64,000 nt of DNA from Candidatus Nanohaloarchaea archaeon (GCA_013343275.1 CP046106.1:576001-640000), one strand, 5' to 3'. Shown: positions 44,864 to 56,984, counted from the stretch's first letter. Numbers and translations are program-made. The notes: generated from the sequence alone by a model not told the origin.

Positions 44864-46009
44864 TTATCTAGCTAATCCCGAAATCCCAAGTCTACTCGCG
44901 ATACTATCACTCAACCGGAACCAAGGAATCATATTGCCCCGACCGTAACTGACACCTGCTACTTCCACTAGAGTGCCCGCGCCGTTGAAGTATTCATAGC
45001 CGACTGAGGATGTGGAGTTACTAGCTGATATTTCTGTCTCGTTGATGAAAGTGGCGACCGAGCCATTGTAATTTACAGTATTGTTCGCGAAGCGTTCCTC
45101 AACGCCAGGATATCCTGAGACAGCTAGGTAGCAGCTTTCTGAAATAATCTCTCTAAAGTGAGATCTGTATACTTCACCTTCGTGCACAATAAGAGGTTCA
45201 GAATCATCGATAGTACTGATATTTACGTTGGATGCATATACAGAGTTGTAGGAACCTGAAATACTTGACTGGCTGGTAACTATAGCTGCAAACCCATCCG
45301 TTTCTGATGTAGTGTAGTTCGAAGGATTAGATGTCACAAGCACCCTCTCTATAGGATCAGATATAGAGGCCATAGAAGGCTCAACAGCTGCTCTACCGTA
45401 GCCTGTTCCATTATAGTCAGAGGCAGAAATAGTTAGGGATTCTGAGATAGGAGAACTGAAGCCACACTTGTTGAAGCTAGCTTCGTAACCCCTGGAAACA
45501 AGATAAGGATCTCTAACACTAGTAATAGGCCTGGAAGTGTCAAAAGTAGAGTTAACTATAGTTTGCCTTTCCCTCCCATTATAATTTATACTCAGAGCTG
45601 TTTCCACTCTCAGCGTGAGATTGGAGATTTCCACCGATACCTGAGATAGTTGAGAGGAAAGTCTGAATCCTGAGTTTTCAGCCAAGGCCTCTGATCGAGA
45701 CTCCCACTGATTAAAGGTATAATTAGATACTCTATCGCCATTGAAAGTACCGGATACAAACACATTCTCCGAGGCGTTCTCTACATTATCAACAACAATA
45801 CTATTGGAGATAGAGTAGTTGGCGAGGTTTCGAAGCGCAGTCTGAGCGAACAGACCTTGATTCTGGCGCCACGATACCCGGTAACTGTCCAGTACATTAC
45901 TCGATGCGTAGTCTGTATCCTGTTTCTCAAGGCCTCCAGGAACTGTTATCAGGCCGAGCATAACTACTGCTGCTACAAGAGCGAATGGAGTGTATGCGAG
46001 GCCTTTAAT
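44864..46009 (-). CDS. Large minor pilin-like protein, probable ATT start
   Basis: In-frame extension of the ORF gives (M)KG|LAYTPFALVAAVVMLGL; no ATG/GTG/TTG upstream in frame before a stop. Confidence 0.7.
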   Translation of the reverse strand: MKGLAYTPFALVAAVVMLGLITVPGGLEKQDTDYASSNVLDSYRVSWRQNQGLFAQTALRNLANYSISNSIVVDNVENASENVFVSGTFNGDRVSNYTFNQWESRSEALAENSGFRLSSQLSQVSVEISNLTLRVETALSINYNGRERQTIVNSTFDTSRPITSVRDPYLVSRGYEASFNKCGFSSPISESLTISASDYNGTGYGRAAVEPSMASISDPIERVLVTSNPSNYTTSETDGFAAIVTSQSSISGSYNSVYASNVNISTIDDSEPLIVHEGEVYRSHFREIISESCYLAVSGYPGVEERFANNTVNYNGSVATFINETEISASNSTSSVGYEYFNGAGTLVEVAGVSYGRGNMIPWFRLSDSIASRLGISGLAR

Positions 46010-46469
46010 CCCAGACCACCACTTTAGCAGAGTTGTAAACAGTTTTAGAGGAGCTTCTGTAAGGGATAAATACTGTATGCGCTCTTATCTCCTCGGCGCC
46101 GGCCATAGTTGAAGTATTGTATACCAGCCTGTTGCCCGTACTGTTAGAGAGGTACAGCGAGGCCTCATAGCTGAACTGCTTTAAGTACTGTCTCGCAATA
46201 TCACGGGATAGAGAAGTATCGCCTCGAGCATAGGTATTTCTGATTGCTACAATCACAGAGTCATTTAGGTCTTTATAGATTATAGAGTCATTCAGTTCGC
46301 CTACAGGCTGTTTAAGAGCGTTGATAGCACTGTTCTCTCCTTCGTCAACTGTTGGCCCCATGTTTTCTATTGCATAGGTTCTGAAGACCAGCAGTATCAA
46401 TGCAGAGAGCACCATGAGTGCGAGCAGTGCGTCAAGGGAAAAGTAAAAGCCTTTAGATTTCAGCTCCAT
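46005..46469 (-). CDS. Minor pilin-like protein
   Basis: KSKG|FYFSLDALLALMVL class III-like signal. Confidence 0.78.
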   Translation of the reverse strand: MELKSKGFYFSLDALLALMVLSALILLVFRTYAIENMGPTVDEGENSAINALKQPVGELNDSIIYKDLNDSVIVAIRNTYARGDTSLSRDIARQYLKQFSYEASLYLSNSTGNRLVYNTSTMAGAEEIRAHTVFIPYRSSSKTVYNSAKVVVWD

Positions 46470-46969
46470 TCGGAATAAACCGCCTCCATTAATGCTATTT
46501 CCCCAGATTTATTTACAGCCACAGTTTCTCTCAAGGTAACTATATCACCGGACTGATTTATTTCCGAGCCTATAGTCATTTTCTGTCCCTTGAAACTTGC
46601 TACAGATCCATTATTCATGAATGTCAGGTTGTAGAAAGCGTTCTTGAACATTCTGTTCCTCCGGGTAGCACTTATATTCTTTAGATCCAGAAACTTGCCT
46701 GCATCGATATAACCAGACTCTTTCAGGCCAGGAACCATGACATTAGATTCATTCCAGTCACTTGGATAGCCCTGCGTTTCAAGTAATAGCGTCTTGGTTC
46801 TCTGAGCATTATTAACTAGGTCTTCTCTACCTTGGGAAAAATTGCTCTCCACCAGATTATTCCAGCTTATCATGAAGAAGAATAGTATAAATGAGAAGAT
46901 GACTACGCTAGAGATGAAGTCTGGCAGGAATACCTGTCCTTTATCTTTCCTGGAAATAGACACTTCCAT
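46460..46969 (-). CDS. Minor pilin-like protein
   Basis: KDKG|QVFLPDFISSVVIF; L.ETQGYPSDW motif; ATG 46969 after GAGGTGG. Confidence 0.78.
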   Translation of the reverse strand: MEVSISRKDKGQVFLPDFISSVVIFSFILFFFMISWNNLVESNFSQGREDLVNNAQRTKTLLLETQGYPSDWNESNVMVPGLKESGYIDAGKFLDLKNISATRRNRMFKNAFYNLTFMNNGSVASFKGQKMTIGSEINQSGDIVTLRETVAVNKSGEIALMEAVYSEWS

Positions 46970-47327
46970 TGTTAACCACCTCATATCTTCCTCCTGATTT
47001 TATCTGGATAACGCGGCCTTCGTAATTGTTGAGAGACCTGACTACCTCTCCTCCTATCAATATTCTTGTCGTACCAGATTCAACTGTTATACTGTAGTCC
47101 TCCGAAGAGATCTGTAGAGGAAGTCTGACGTTGAAAGAGGTATTTTTCTTCGTAAGGGCATATTCTGCAATATACGAAACCCTAGAGGCAAGTTCTTCGG
47201 CCTCTCTTTCCTCCTCGGTCTGAAGATAATTCGCCTGTTTATCCTGCAGAACACCCATCAGAACTGCGGATACGAAAAGCGTGAAGGAAAGATATGCGAT
47301 AAACTCTACGCTTACCTGGCCTTTCAT
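46941..47327 (-). CDS. Minor pilin-like protein
   Basis: MKG|QVSVEFIAYLSF. Confidence 0.8.
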   Translation of the reverse strand: MKGQVSVEFIAYLSFTLFVSAVLMGVLQDKQANYLQTEEEREAEELASRVSYIAEYALTKKNTSFNVRLPLQISSEDYSITVESGTTRILIGGEVVRSLNNYEGRVIQIKSGGRYEVVNNGSVYFQER

Positions 47328-47755
47328 CCAACCACCGACACATTAATCTGGTCTTTCCAGAGTTGGACTGCTACCTTCGGCTTGCCTTCTCCTTCCAGTT
47401 CGCTCGCGTTCTGCAGGACCACTCTCCTGTCAAAGATCCTGCTCCTGTTAGTCATTTCACCCCTCTGCTGTACATTAAATATTATAGCAGACCTGTCCGC
47501 AAACTGCTTTGACCGTACATCAACTACACTAGAAGGGATGTCAACCCGGAAAGTAGTTTTAGTGGGGGCAGAGTACTTTGAAACAAAATTAACGCCGCTC
47601 TCAATTTTATCAAGAGAACTTTCAACCCTTAGAAGCTTTGAACCAGTCTGGAGATCAAGTACAGCATCCTGGGAGGTCAATATAAACGGGGATGCAAGAA
47701 CCATGGCCATACCTATAACCATGATCAACTCGATAGAGGACTGGCCTTTCATCAT
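47324..47755 (-). CDS. Minor pilin-like protein
   Basis: MKG|QSSIELIMVIGM. Confidence 0.8.
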   Translation of the reverse strand: MMKGQSSIELIMVIGMAMVLASPFILTSQDAVLDLQTGSKLLRVESSLDKIESGVNFVSKYSAPTKTTFRVDIPSSVVDVRSKQFADRSAIIFNVQQRGEMTNRSRIFDRRVVLQNASELEGEGKPKVAVQLWKDQINVSVVG

Positions 47756-47809
47756 TAAAGAAGTACTTTATTTCCAAGTTTAAAATCCTAAACCACCAAA
47801 TACCAATAC

Positions 47810-48346
47810 ATGACAACTCTTGAACAGGGCCAGAAAGCGCCAAGATTTGAACTTGAAGACTACCAGGGCCAGACAGTTGCTCTCTCCGACCTCGATAACT
47901 ACGATGGAGTGCTGGTAATATTCATGTGCAACCACTGTCCATATGTACAGGCCGAGGTACCGGAGATCAAGAAACTGAACGATGAGTTCTCTTCTATCGC
48001 AATCGTCGGTATCAACCCCAATGCAGAGACTCATCCAATGGACTCCGAGAAGAAAATGCCGGAGTTCGTCGAGGAGAAAGGCCTTGACTCTCCGCACTTC
48101 TACTACCTTTCAGACCCTGATCAGGAAGTTGCCAAAGAGTTCGGAGCCGAATGCACACCCGACCCATTCCTCTTAGACATGCGCCACCGGCTTTTCTACC
48201 ACAGCAAACTCAACGACAAGGCCGGCCCGGACGACGAAGTCGAAGACAGGTATATGAAAGAAGCAATACAGAAAATGCTGAAAAAACAGGATCCACCAGA
48301 GGCCCACGAAGAACCTGTAGGATGCTCAATCAAGTGGAAAGAATAA
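47810..48346 (+). CDS. Thioredoxin-fold AhpC/TSA family protein
   Basis: FMCNHCPYV, AECTPD, GCSIKW. Confidence 0.88.
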   Translation: MTTLEQGQKAPRFELEDYQGQTVALSDLDNYDGVLVIFMCNHCPYVQAEVPEIKKLNDEFSSIAIVGINPNAETHPMDSEKKMPEFVEEKGLDSPHFYYLSDPDQEVAKEFGAECTPDPFLLDMRHRLFYHSKLNDKAGPDDEVEDRYMKEAIQKMLKKQDPPEAHEEPVGCSIKWKE

Positions 48347-48427
48347 AGAAAAAGTGTTCTCAGCCAAGGAAGTTGAGGCAGGGAATAAAATATTCGGGCA
48401 TTAATAGAGGTACTAGGCGATTGAAAA

Positions 48428-48988
48428 ATGGATTATACTATTGAGCCGTCGGCGGAGAATTTTCGTGAGGTCCGTGATACTGTAGAAGGTATTTTGCAGA
48501 CCTGTAGCGCGGTTCTCTCCAAGGATTCTGATTTGAAGGTAAACCTGAGCTGGGGCGACAGCAACAGCCCCAATGTTTTCTCTGAGGACGAGGCCCGGAT
48601 TAATGTCTCTGTTGGAGAGGGCTGGAAGGAAGAACTTAAGCAGACGGTTGCTCAGGCATATGCCCAGTCCTGGTTCCTGGAGTACAAGTCTAACTCCTAT
48701 CACTGGGAGGAGCTGTTGATGCTGGGTCATTCTCTGCGTTTCGCGGAGAACATCACTGAGAAGCAGCCGGAACTTGATCCAAAAGATGAAGTTGCCGAGA
48801 ACTGGCCTGTTCTGCGCGAAGAAGTTCAGCTATCTCTTGTAGAGGAAACTGAGGAGATGAGTTACTACGGCTTCAGTCTGGCCTATTACCTGGCTGAGGA
48901 GCTGGAAGAGGTTCACGGCCTGAAAAACTTCCCTGAGCTGACTATGTCAGATCTGCTGGATGCTGGAGACCGTATTTTCAGAGATTAG
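48428..48988 (+). CDS. Hypothetical protein, possibly a degenerate DUF2268 zinc-protease fold
   Basis: LKQTVAQAYAQSWF and LLMLGHSLRFAE sit where HExxH and EGLA would be; YYGFSLA. Confidence 0.5.
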   Translation: MDYTIEPSAENFREVRDTVEGILQTCSAVLSKDSDLKVNLSWGDSNSPNVFSEDEARINVSVGEGWKEELKQTVAQAYAQSWFLEYKSNSYHWEELLMLGHSLRFAENITEKQPELDPKDEVAENWPVLREEVQLSLVEETEEMSYYGFSLAYYLAEELEEVHGLKNFPELTMSDLLDAGDRIFRD

Positions 48989-49098
48989 AGGCATAGCTGG
49001 TTTTTCAGCGGATCGCAAGCTCTACCGAAGATTAGAAAAGGTTAAGCATCTATAATAGGAATGCTTCGAGCAGTTTGAGAACGAGGTGTTTTAACAAA

Positions 49099-49494
49099 AT
49101 GCAGTTTGATGACTTCGTGGGCGAGGTTCAGAATCGTTTGGAACAGGGTTCAAAAGCAGAAGCAGTTCGGTCAAGCCGTGCAGTGCTGACAACTATAGGA
49201 GAGTACCTGCAGGAAGGAGAAGACGAGGATCTGGCTGGAAGCCTTCCAATGGAGATAGATTTCTATGTTTTGAACGCGGAAAGCGGCCAGCGCATGGACT
49301 GGTCGGAGTTTGTTGAAAGAGTCAGCGCCAGAGAAGATGGACTGGATGAGGCCGATGCAGCATACCATGCCAGAGAGATAGTGGACTTCCTTCAGGAGAT
49401 AGTTCCTGGCGGTGAGTTCCAGGATCTGAGAGATAACTTCGAGCCAGAGGTAGAGCAGGAGTTGTTCGAACTGGTAGATCAGAGAGGTCGGTGA
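49099..49494 (+). CDS. DUF2267 family protein
   Basis: MQFDDFVGEVQNRL...RAVLTTIGE...LAGSLPMEI...EFVERV. Confidence 0.82.
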   Translation: MQFDDFVGEVQNRLEQGSKAEAVRSSRAVLTTIGEYLQEGEDEDLAGSLPMEIDFYVLNAESGQRMDWSEFVERVSAREDGLDEADAAYHAREIVDFLQEIVPGGEFQDLRDNFEPEVEQELFELVDQRGR

Positions 49495-49501
49495 GTAACT
49501 G

Positions 49502-50236
49502 ATGACCCGAATTAAAGAAGTGGACGACAGCATCGATCCTGAAGGGTTCACTCTTGTAGAGGGTTTTCCTGGTACAGGCCTTGTAGCCAAGATCTCCGCT
49601 GACTACATCAAGGATCATCTGGATATGGATCTTTACGCAGAGGTTTACAGCGAGGAAATACCGAGTATCTCTGTCTTTGAGCAGGGAAGCAGAAATCTGA
49701 AGCCTGCTGTCTGTATATACGCTGATCCAGAGAATGAGTTACTGGTTCTCAAGTGTGATGCCCCTGTCTCTGCGAAGGCAGATGGTTTTATCTCCGGACT
49801 GACAGACTGGATTGATGGAAACAACATCACCCCTATCTACCAGCTCGGAATCCCTTCCAGAAGCGACGAGAAAAAAGTTTTCGGAGTTTCCATCGGCGAT
49901 GCTGAGAAAGAATTGGATGCAGCAGAAGTACCTAAGCCTGAGACTGTAGGAGGTATTTCAGGGCCAACGGGAGCAGTACTTGAGCGTTCTCAGGAAGAAG
50001 AGATTTCGAGTATAGGATTGACTGTTAGCTGTGCTGAACAGCTTCCGGATCCTGAAGCCGCCCGGACTCTTATTGAAGAAGCTATTGAACCGATAACAGG
50101 TATAGATCTTGATACCCAGCAGTTAGCTGAAACCGCCGAGCAGATAAAGGAGCAGAAGAAGAAGCTGGCGGAGAAAATGCAGCAGGCCCAGCGAGATGAA
50201 ACCAGTCAGGCCTACCCAGAAGAGCTATACAAGTAA
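49502..50236 (+). CDS. Proteasome assembly chaperone (PAC2) family protein
   Basis: LVEGFPGTGLVAKI, ISGPTG, PDPEAA, C-terminal LYK. Confidence 0.85.
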   Translation: MTRIKEVDDSIDPEGFTLVEGFPGTGLVAKISADYIKDHLDMDLYAEVYSEEIPSISVFEQGSRNLKPAVCIYADPENELLVLKCDAPVSAKADGFISGLTDWIDGNNITPIYQLGIPSRSDEKKVFGVSIGDAEKELDAAEVPKPETVGGISGPTGAVLERSQEEEISSIGLTVSCAEQLPDPEAARTLIEEAIEPITGIDLDTQQLAETAEQIKEQKKKLAEKMQQAQRDETSQAYPEELYK

Positions 50237-50261
50237 CAAACCTTTCCTGCTCTCTTCTTTT

Positions 50262-50675
50262 TTATACAACTGTCACTGGCACGTCAGTCGTTCTCAGGAC
50301 TTTGTCAGCAGTACTTCCAAGCAGAAGATTATCAATGCCAGTATTTCCTGTAGAACCTATAATTATGCCGTCAATATCATGCTCTTCGACGTAATCAGCT
50401 ATCTCCTCATGCGGCACGCCATGTACTACATCAGCTTTCACATCAAGGCCTTCCTCTTCGGCCTCTTCCTGCTGATCCTCCACCATTTCAATCCTGGCCT
50501 TCTCCAGCTGGTTAACTGCTGAAGGAGCCATTCCATTGAGGTTGTCGTTTCTCTGATCTATGACGTTCACTATATGTAGTTCGGCGCTGTGGGTTTCGGC
50601 GACAGTCTCAGCCATCTCAAGCGCTTTCTCAGAACGGTCGCTGCCATCCGTAGGCACCAGAATTTTATCGTACAT
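50262..50675 (-). CDS. Universal stress protein
   Basis: ILVPTDGS, G.PHEEI, LLGSTADKVLR. Confidence 0.93.
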   Translation of the reverse strand: MYDKILVPTDGSDRSEKALEMAETVAETHSAELHIVNVIDQRNDNLNGMAPSAVNQLEKARIEMVEDQQEEAEEEGLDVKADVVHGVPHEEIADYVEEHDIDGIIIGSTGNTGIDNLLLGSTADKVLRTTDVPVTVV

Positions 50676-50713
50676 AGACCCTATTTACCGCAGGAATCTT
50701 TTAGGCCTTTTTA

Positions 50714-52744
<2,031 letters not shown>

Positions 52745-54433
52745 CTAACCACGGAAGTAGTCCAGGAGGTCTTCCAGGTTTTCTGTATTGATTATGTTTT
52801 CTTTCTCGCACCAGCCGCGGCGGGCCTGTGATACTCCCAGGTGCAGTAGTTCCATCTCTGAGGTGGAGTGTGCGTCTGTTGAGATAACGTACTTTACTTT
52901 ATCGCGGTATTCCTTTACATTGGCCCAGTCCAGGTCAAGTCTTGCCGGCTGCGAATTGATTTCCAACGCCACATCTTCCTCCGAGGCCTTCTCTACAACT
53001 CTGTCGAGATCCAGATCAAGTGGCTCTCTCTCATTGATCTTCCTGTTCTGTGGATGTGCAATGATATCAACAGGGTAATCCTCCATAACCCAGATGAGAT
53101 CTTCCGTAGGATTTTCTGTAGGGTTATGCATCGCTACAACAACAAGATCGAACTCTCCGCAGGCCTCTTTCGAGACATCAAGGCCTTCATCTGTTATATT
53201 TGCTTCAATCCCGTGGAGAACTTCTACATCGTACTTTTCGTTTATTTCTTTGATTTCTTCTCTCTGTTCATCTATTTCGTCTTCTTCCAGGCCGTTTGCG
53301 ATCTGCAGGGAAGGCCCATGATCTGTAATCAGTATGTATTCGTGGCCTAGTTCTTCCGCTTTCTCCGCCAGTTCCTCTATACTGTCTCTGCCGTCGCTGT
53401 ACTTTGAGTGCATCTGAAGATCTCCTTTAACCTCTTCTCGCTCCACAAGATCCGGTAAGTTTTCTTTCTGGGCGGCTTCTACTTCTCCAGTATCTTCCCT
53501 CAGTTCTGGTTCTATGTAGTTCATCTGCAGCTTGTTGTAGATTCCTTCCTCAGTTTCTCCAGCGAGCTTGTTTTCATCGGAGTCGAAGAGGCCGTATTCA
53601 TTCAGTTTCCAGTCTTTCCTGGTTGCGATTGTTCTTACCGTTACGTTGTGGTCTTTGGATCCGGTGAAGTACTGTAGAGCTGCGCCGTAGCTTTCATCAT
53701 CAACTATTCTTAGATCTACCTGTAGGCCTCCGGAAACCTTTATTGAGGACTTGGTCTCTCCTTCTACCATTACTTCTTTTACATCACTTCCAGAGGTGAA
53801 ATCCTCCATTGCCTCCATTGCGTCATCTGCTGTCGCAAGGATATCAATATCTCCTACTGTAGGCCTTCTCCTGCGGAATGATCCAACTATGGTCACTCTA
53901 TTGTATTTTTCAGACTCTTCCATTTCTTCCCTGAGGTTCTGGGCGATCGGGAAGGCCTTTCCTATAAGCATCCTTTCCTGACCTTCTTTTGCCTGTTCTA
54001 TGTGCCCCAGGATCTTCCCCTGTGATTTTTTCCCGAAATCCTCTACCTCTTCTATCTTTCCTTCTTCCGCCGCTTGCTCAAGTTCATCGAGATCAGTAAC
54101 TTCGAGAGCTTTGTACAGTTTCTTCACTCTTTTCGGTCCCAGGCTTTCGACAGAGGTTAAGGCCTCTATATCTACAGGCAGTTCCTCTCTCAGCTGCTGA
54201 TAGTACTCCATTTCCCCGGTATCCAGGTATTCTGCGATCTTCTTGGCTATATTTTCTCCTACGCCATCAATTTCCTCGAGCTCTCCCCTCTCATGGATGT
54301 CTTCTATACTTTCTGATAGGGCCTCGATGTTCCTGGCTGCTCTCCTGTATGCCCGCGGCTTCCATTCAACTTCCTGCATCTCGAGGTAGTCAGCTATTTC
54401 GTACAGTTTGTCAGCTACTTCTTTGTTTTTCAT
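52745..54433 (-). CDS. polX: DNA polymerase X with PHP domain
   Basis: GSFRR...GDIDIL and VDLR (three catalytic Asp), YFTGSKDHN; PHP motifs DLQMHS, TDH, TDAH. Confidence 0.95.
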   Translation of the reverse strand: MKNKEVADKLYEIADYLEMQEVEWKPRAYRRAARNIEALSESIEDIHERGELEEIDGVGENIAKKIAEYLDTGEMEYYQQLREELPVDIEALTSVESLGPKRVKKLYKALEVTDLDELEQAAEEGKIEEVEDFGKKSQGKILGHIEQAKEGQERMLIGKAFPIAQNLREEMEESEKYNRVTIVGSFRRRRPTVGDIDILATADDAMEAMEDFTSGSDVKEVMVEGETKSSIKVSGGLQVDLRIVDDESYGAALQYFTGSKDHNVTVRTIATRKDWKLNEYGLFDSDENKLAGETEEGIYNKLQMNYIEPELREDTGEVEAAQKENLPDLVEREEVKGDLQMHSKYSDGRDSIEELAEKAEELGHEYILITDHGPSLQIANGLEEDEIDEQREEIKEINEKYDVEVLHGIEANITDEGLDVSKEACGEFDLVVVAMHNPTENPTEDLIWVMEDYPVDIIAHPQNRKINEREPLDLDLDRVVEKASEEDVALEINSQPARLDLDWANVKEYRDKVKYVISTDAHSTSEMELLHLGVSQARRGWCEKENIINTENLEDLLDYFRG

Positions 54434-54539
54434 TCCTGGAAGCACCTCTCAGTTTAAGGGTTAAACATCTTGCCCTCCAGTTCTTACTTACAACTCCAGT
54501 CTTTTCAAAAAACCTCAGAAAACGCGAAAAGGTAGAAAT

Positions 54540-55094
54540 ATGAGCGATAAAGCAGTTCTAGTCGGCAGATTCCAGCCCTTTCACCAGGGCCACAGAGAAG
54601 TAGTTGAGGAATACATAGATGAGCACGAACTAGCTATCGCTATCGGCAGTGCCAACGAGGAAGGCTCCGAGGAAAACCCTCTTAGCTTCGAGGAGAGAAA
54701 AGAAATCATCAGAGCCTGCTACCCTGAAATAGAGGTGGTTGGCCTGGAAGACTTTGATGAGGACGAGGAAGGCAACTTCAGATGGCTGAAGGAATTGAAG
54801 GAAAATACTTCTGCTGAGAAAGTTATTTCCCAGAATAACCTTGTCAAGAGACTGGTTCGAGAAGACGGCGAGCTGGAGCTTGTAGAACAGGATATGCATG
54901 AGCCCAGCATCTACTCAGGGACCGAGGTACGGAGGAGGATAAAGTCCGGCGAGGAATGGAGATATCTTGTACCTGGATGTGCAGAGGACAGAATCGCCGA
55001 AAAGATCGAGAAGATAAAGGAGTCCGGAATACAGTACGAGTTCGAGCCAGGATGGGAGCCTAAGAACTCCTACCACGACACATACGAAAAATAG
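54540..55094 (+). CDS. nadM: Nicotinamide-nucleotide adenylyltransferase
   Basis: GRFQPFHQGH, IGSA, NPLSFEER, SGTEVR. Confidence 0.88.
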   Translation: MSDKAVLVGRFQPFHQGHREVVEEYIDEHELAIAIGSANEEGSEENPLSFEERKEIIRACYPEIEVVGLEDFDEDEEGNFRWLKELKENTSAEKVISQNNLVKRLVREDGELELVEQDMHEPSIYSGTEVRRRIKSGEEWRYLVPGCAEDRIAEKIEKIKESGIQYEFEPGWEPKNSYHDTYEK

Positions 55095-55862
55095 TCACTC
55101 TTTAAGAACTGCAGGGATAAAATCCAGCAGATCAGTAGCTACAAGGCCATTACCGTGCTCTTCAAAGACTTTTTCTCCAGCACGGCCATTTACATAGGCA
55201 GCCAATCTTGAGGCCTCTACATCAGCAAGGTCTTGAGACCTGAAACCAGCAACTAGCCCCGCCAGTACATCACCTGTTCCTCCAACAGTCATTCCTGCGC
55301 AGCCAGTGTCGTTCTCGAAAACAGTTTCCTCGGAGAAAACTTTATCGACCTCTCCTTTCAGAAGCACGGTACTACCTGTTTCAGCTGCAAAGTCTTTCTC
55401 TGAACCGTACTCCTGTCTTATTGCCTCTGCTTCTCCAGAATGAGGAGTAAAAATATTATCCGTGAACTCGAGCAACGGCTCTATAGCTGCTGCATCCACA
55501 ACAAGTCTTCCTGCCTCCTCGGCGAACTCCTTGAGAGTTACAGGATCGAAATCTACCAGTCCAGCCCCTACAACAGTTGTATCGGCCCATTCTTCAAGCT
55601 CCCAGGCCTTCCTAAGAGATCCTTCATCGAAAGTTTCTCCATAGCTCTCCACAATCAGGTTTTCAGAGAAACCCTGTACTACAGGTTTTGCATCTTCCGA
55701 GGTCAGAACCTTCACGAGGTCGGCTCCTGATCTGAGAGCGGCCTGAGCTGCAAGAGCTGGTGCACCAGTGTACTTCTCACTGCCTCCTATCACGAGTACC
55801 TTGCCGTTCTGACCCTTATGAGATCCTGAATCTCTATGAATTTTCTGCAGAAGCTGTTCCAT
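55095..55862 (-). CDS. nnrD: ADP/ATP-dependent NAD(P)HX dehydratase (no epimerase domain)
   Basis: SHKGQNG, GGSEKYTGA, TPHSGE, LKG, GGTGDVLAG. Confidence 0.92.
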   Translation of the reverse strand: MEQLLQKIHRDSGSHKGQNGKVLVIGGSEKYTGAPALAAQAALRSGADLVKVLTSEDAKPVVQGFSENLIVESYGETFDEGSLRKAWELEEWADTTVVGAGLVDFDPVTLKEFAEEAGRLVVDAAAIEPLLEFTDNIFTPHSGEAEAIRQEYGSEKDFAAETGSTVLLKGEVDKVFSEETVFENDTGCAGMTVGGTGDVLAGLVAGFRSQDLADVEASRLAAYVNGRAGEKVFEEHGNGLVATDLLDFIPAVLKE

Positions 55863-55958
55863 AAACACGTATTATTTACAGTTCTCTGCTGAAAAAGCTG
55901 TACCAGTCTTCAAGTAATTCTTTTTATTCAGGCTGGAGAAATTGTGTTACGTGATATT

Positions 55959-56984
55959 ATGGTAAAAGTCGTTGTAAACGGAATAGGTACTATCGGCAAG
56001 AGAGTTGCCGAGGCCGTCAGAAAACAGGAAGACATGCAGCTTTACGGTATTGCAGATGTCTCTCCATCAGGACAGTTAAAAGATGAATTAAGCGAGGAAG
56101 GAGGCCTTCATGGAACCCCGCTCTATGCATCCAATCAGGACGGGCTTGAAAACCTGTCAGATGCTGGAATGCATGTAGAAGGCCTGTTGGAGGAGGAAGT
56201 CGATGAAATAGATGTAGTAGTTGACTGCACCCCTTCAGGAGTCGACCAGATGAACAAGGAAAACCTGTACGAGCCGAACAATATCAAGGCGATCTTCGAG
56301 GGCGGAGCCGACTCTGAAATAGCACCAGTATCCTTTAACGCAGATGCCAACTACGACGAGGCCCGCGGAGAGGACTTTGTAAGAGTTGTATCCTGCAACA
56401 CCACTTCACTCTCCAGGACCATGGATGCAGTTGAATCAAGCTTTGAGATAGAGAAAGCAACTGCGAATCTGGTCAGAAGAGGGGGCGACATCCCTCAGGA
56501 CTCCAGAGGCCCTATCAACTCCACAATCCCAGTTACAGAGGTTCCTTCACACCACGGGCCTGATGTACAGGAAGTGATGCCGGATTTAGATATCAAGACG
56601 CTGGCTGTGAAAGTTCCTACGACGTACGGCCACGTGCATATGGTGACAGCGGAGCTGGAGAGCAATCCTTCAGAAGAAGATGTGAAAGCTGCATTCAGAG
56701 AGCAGCCTCGTGTCGAAGTTCTCAGCGCGGGCGAAGGATATGACTCTACCGCGAAGATCCACGAGAAGATGAGGGATCTGGGCCGGAAGAGAAGCGATAT
56801 GCAGGAGGCCGCTGTCTGGGAGGAAACCATTACTGTAGAGGACGGCACCCTGTACTGGATCCACATGGTGCATCAGGAGGCAATTGTGGTACCCGAGAAC
56901 ATCGATGCTATCCGGGCCATGTTCGAGACGGAGGACCAGGAGACTAGTATCGAGATGACCAACGACTCGATGGGTATCGAGTAG
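55959..56984 (+). CDS. gap: Glyceraldehyde-3-phosphate dehydrogenase, archaeal type II
   Basis: VNGIGTIGKRVA, VVSCNTT, SHHGPDV, HQEAIVVPENIDAIRAM. Confidence 0.95.
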   Translation: MVKVVVNGIGTIGKRVAEAVRKQEDMQLYGIADVSPSGQLKDELSEEGGLHGTPLYASNQDGLENLSDAGMHVEGLLEEEVDEIDVVVDCTPSGVDQMNKENLYEPNNIKAIFEGGADSEIAPVSFNADANYDEARGEDFVRVVSCNTTSLSRTMDAVESSFEIEKATANLVRRGGDIPQDSRGPINSTIPVTEVPSHHGPDVQEVMPDLDIKTLAVKVPTTYGHVHMVTAELESNPSEEDVKAAFREQPRVEVLSAGEGYDSTAKIHEKMRDLGRKRSDMQEAAVWEETITVEDGTLYWIHMVHQEAIVVPENIDAIRAMFETEDQETSIEMTNDSMGIE

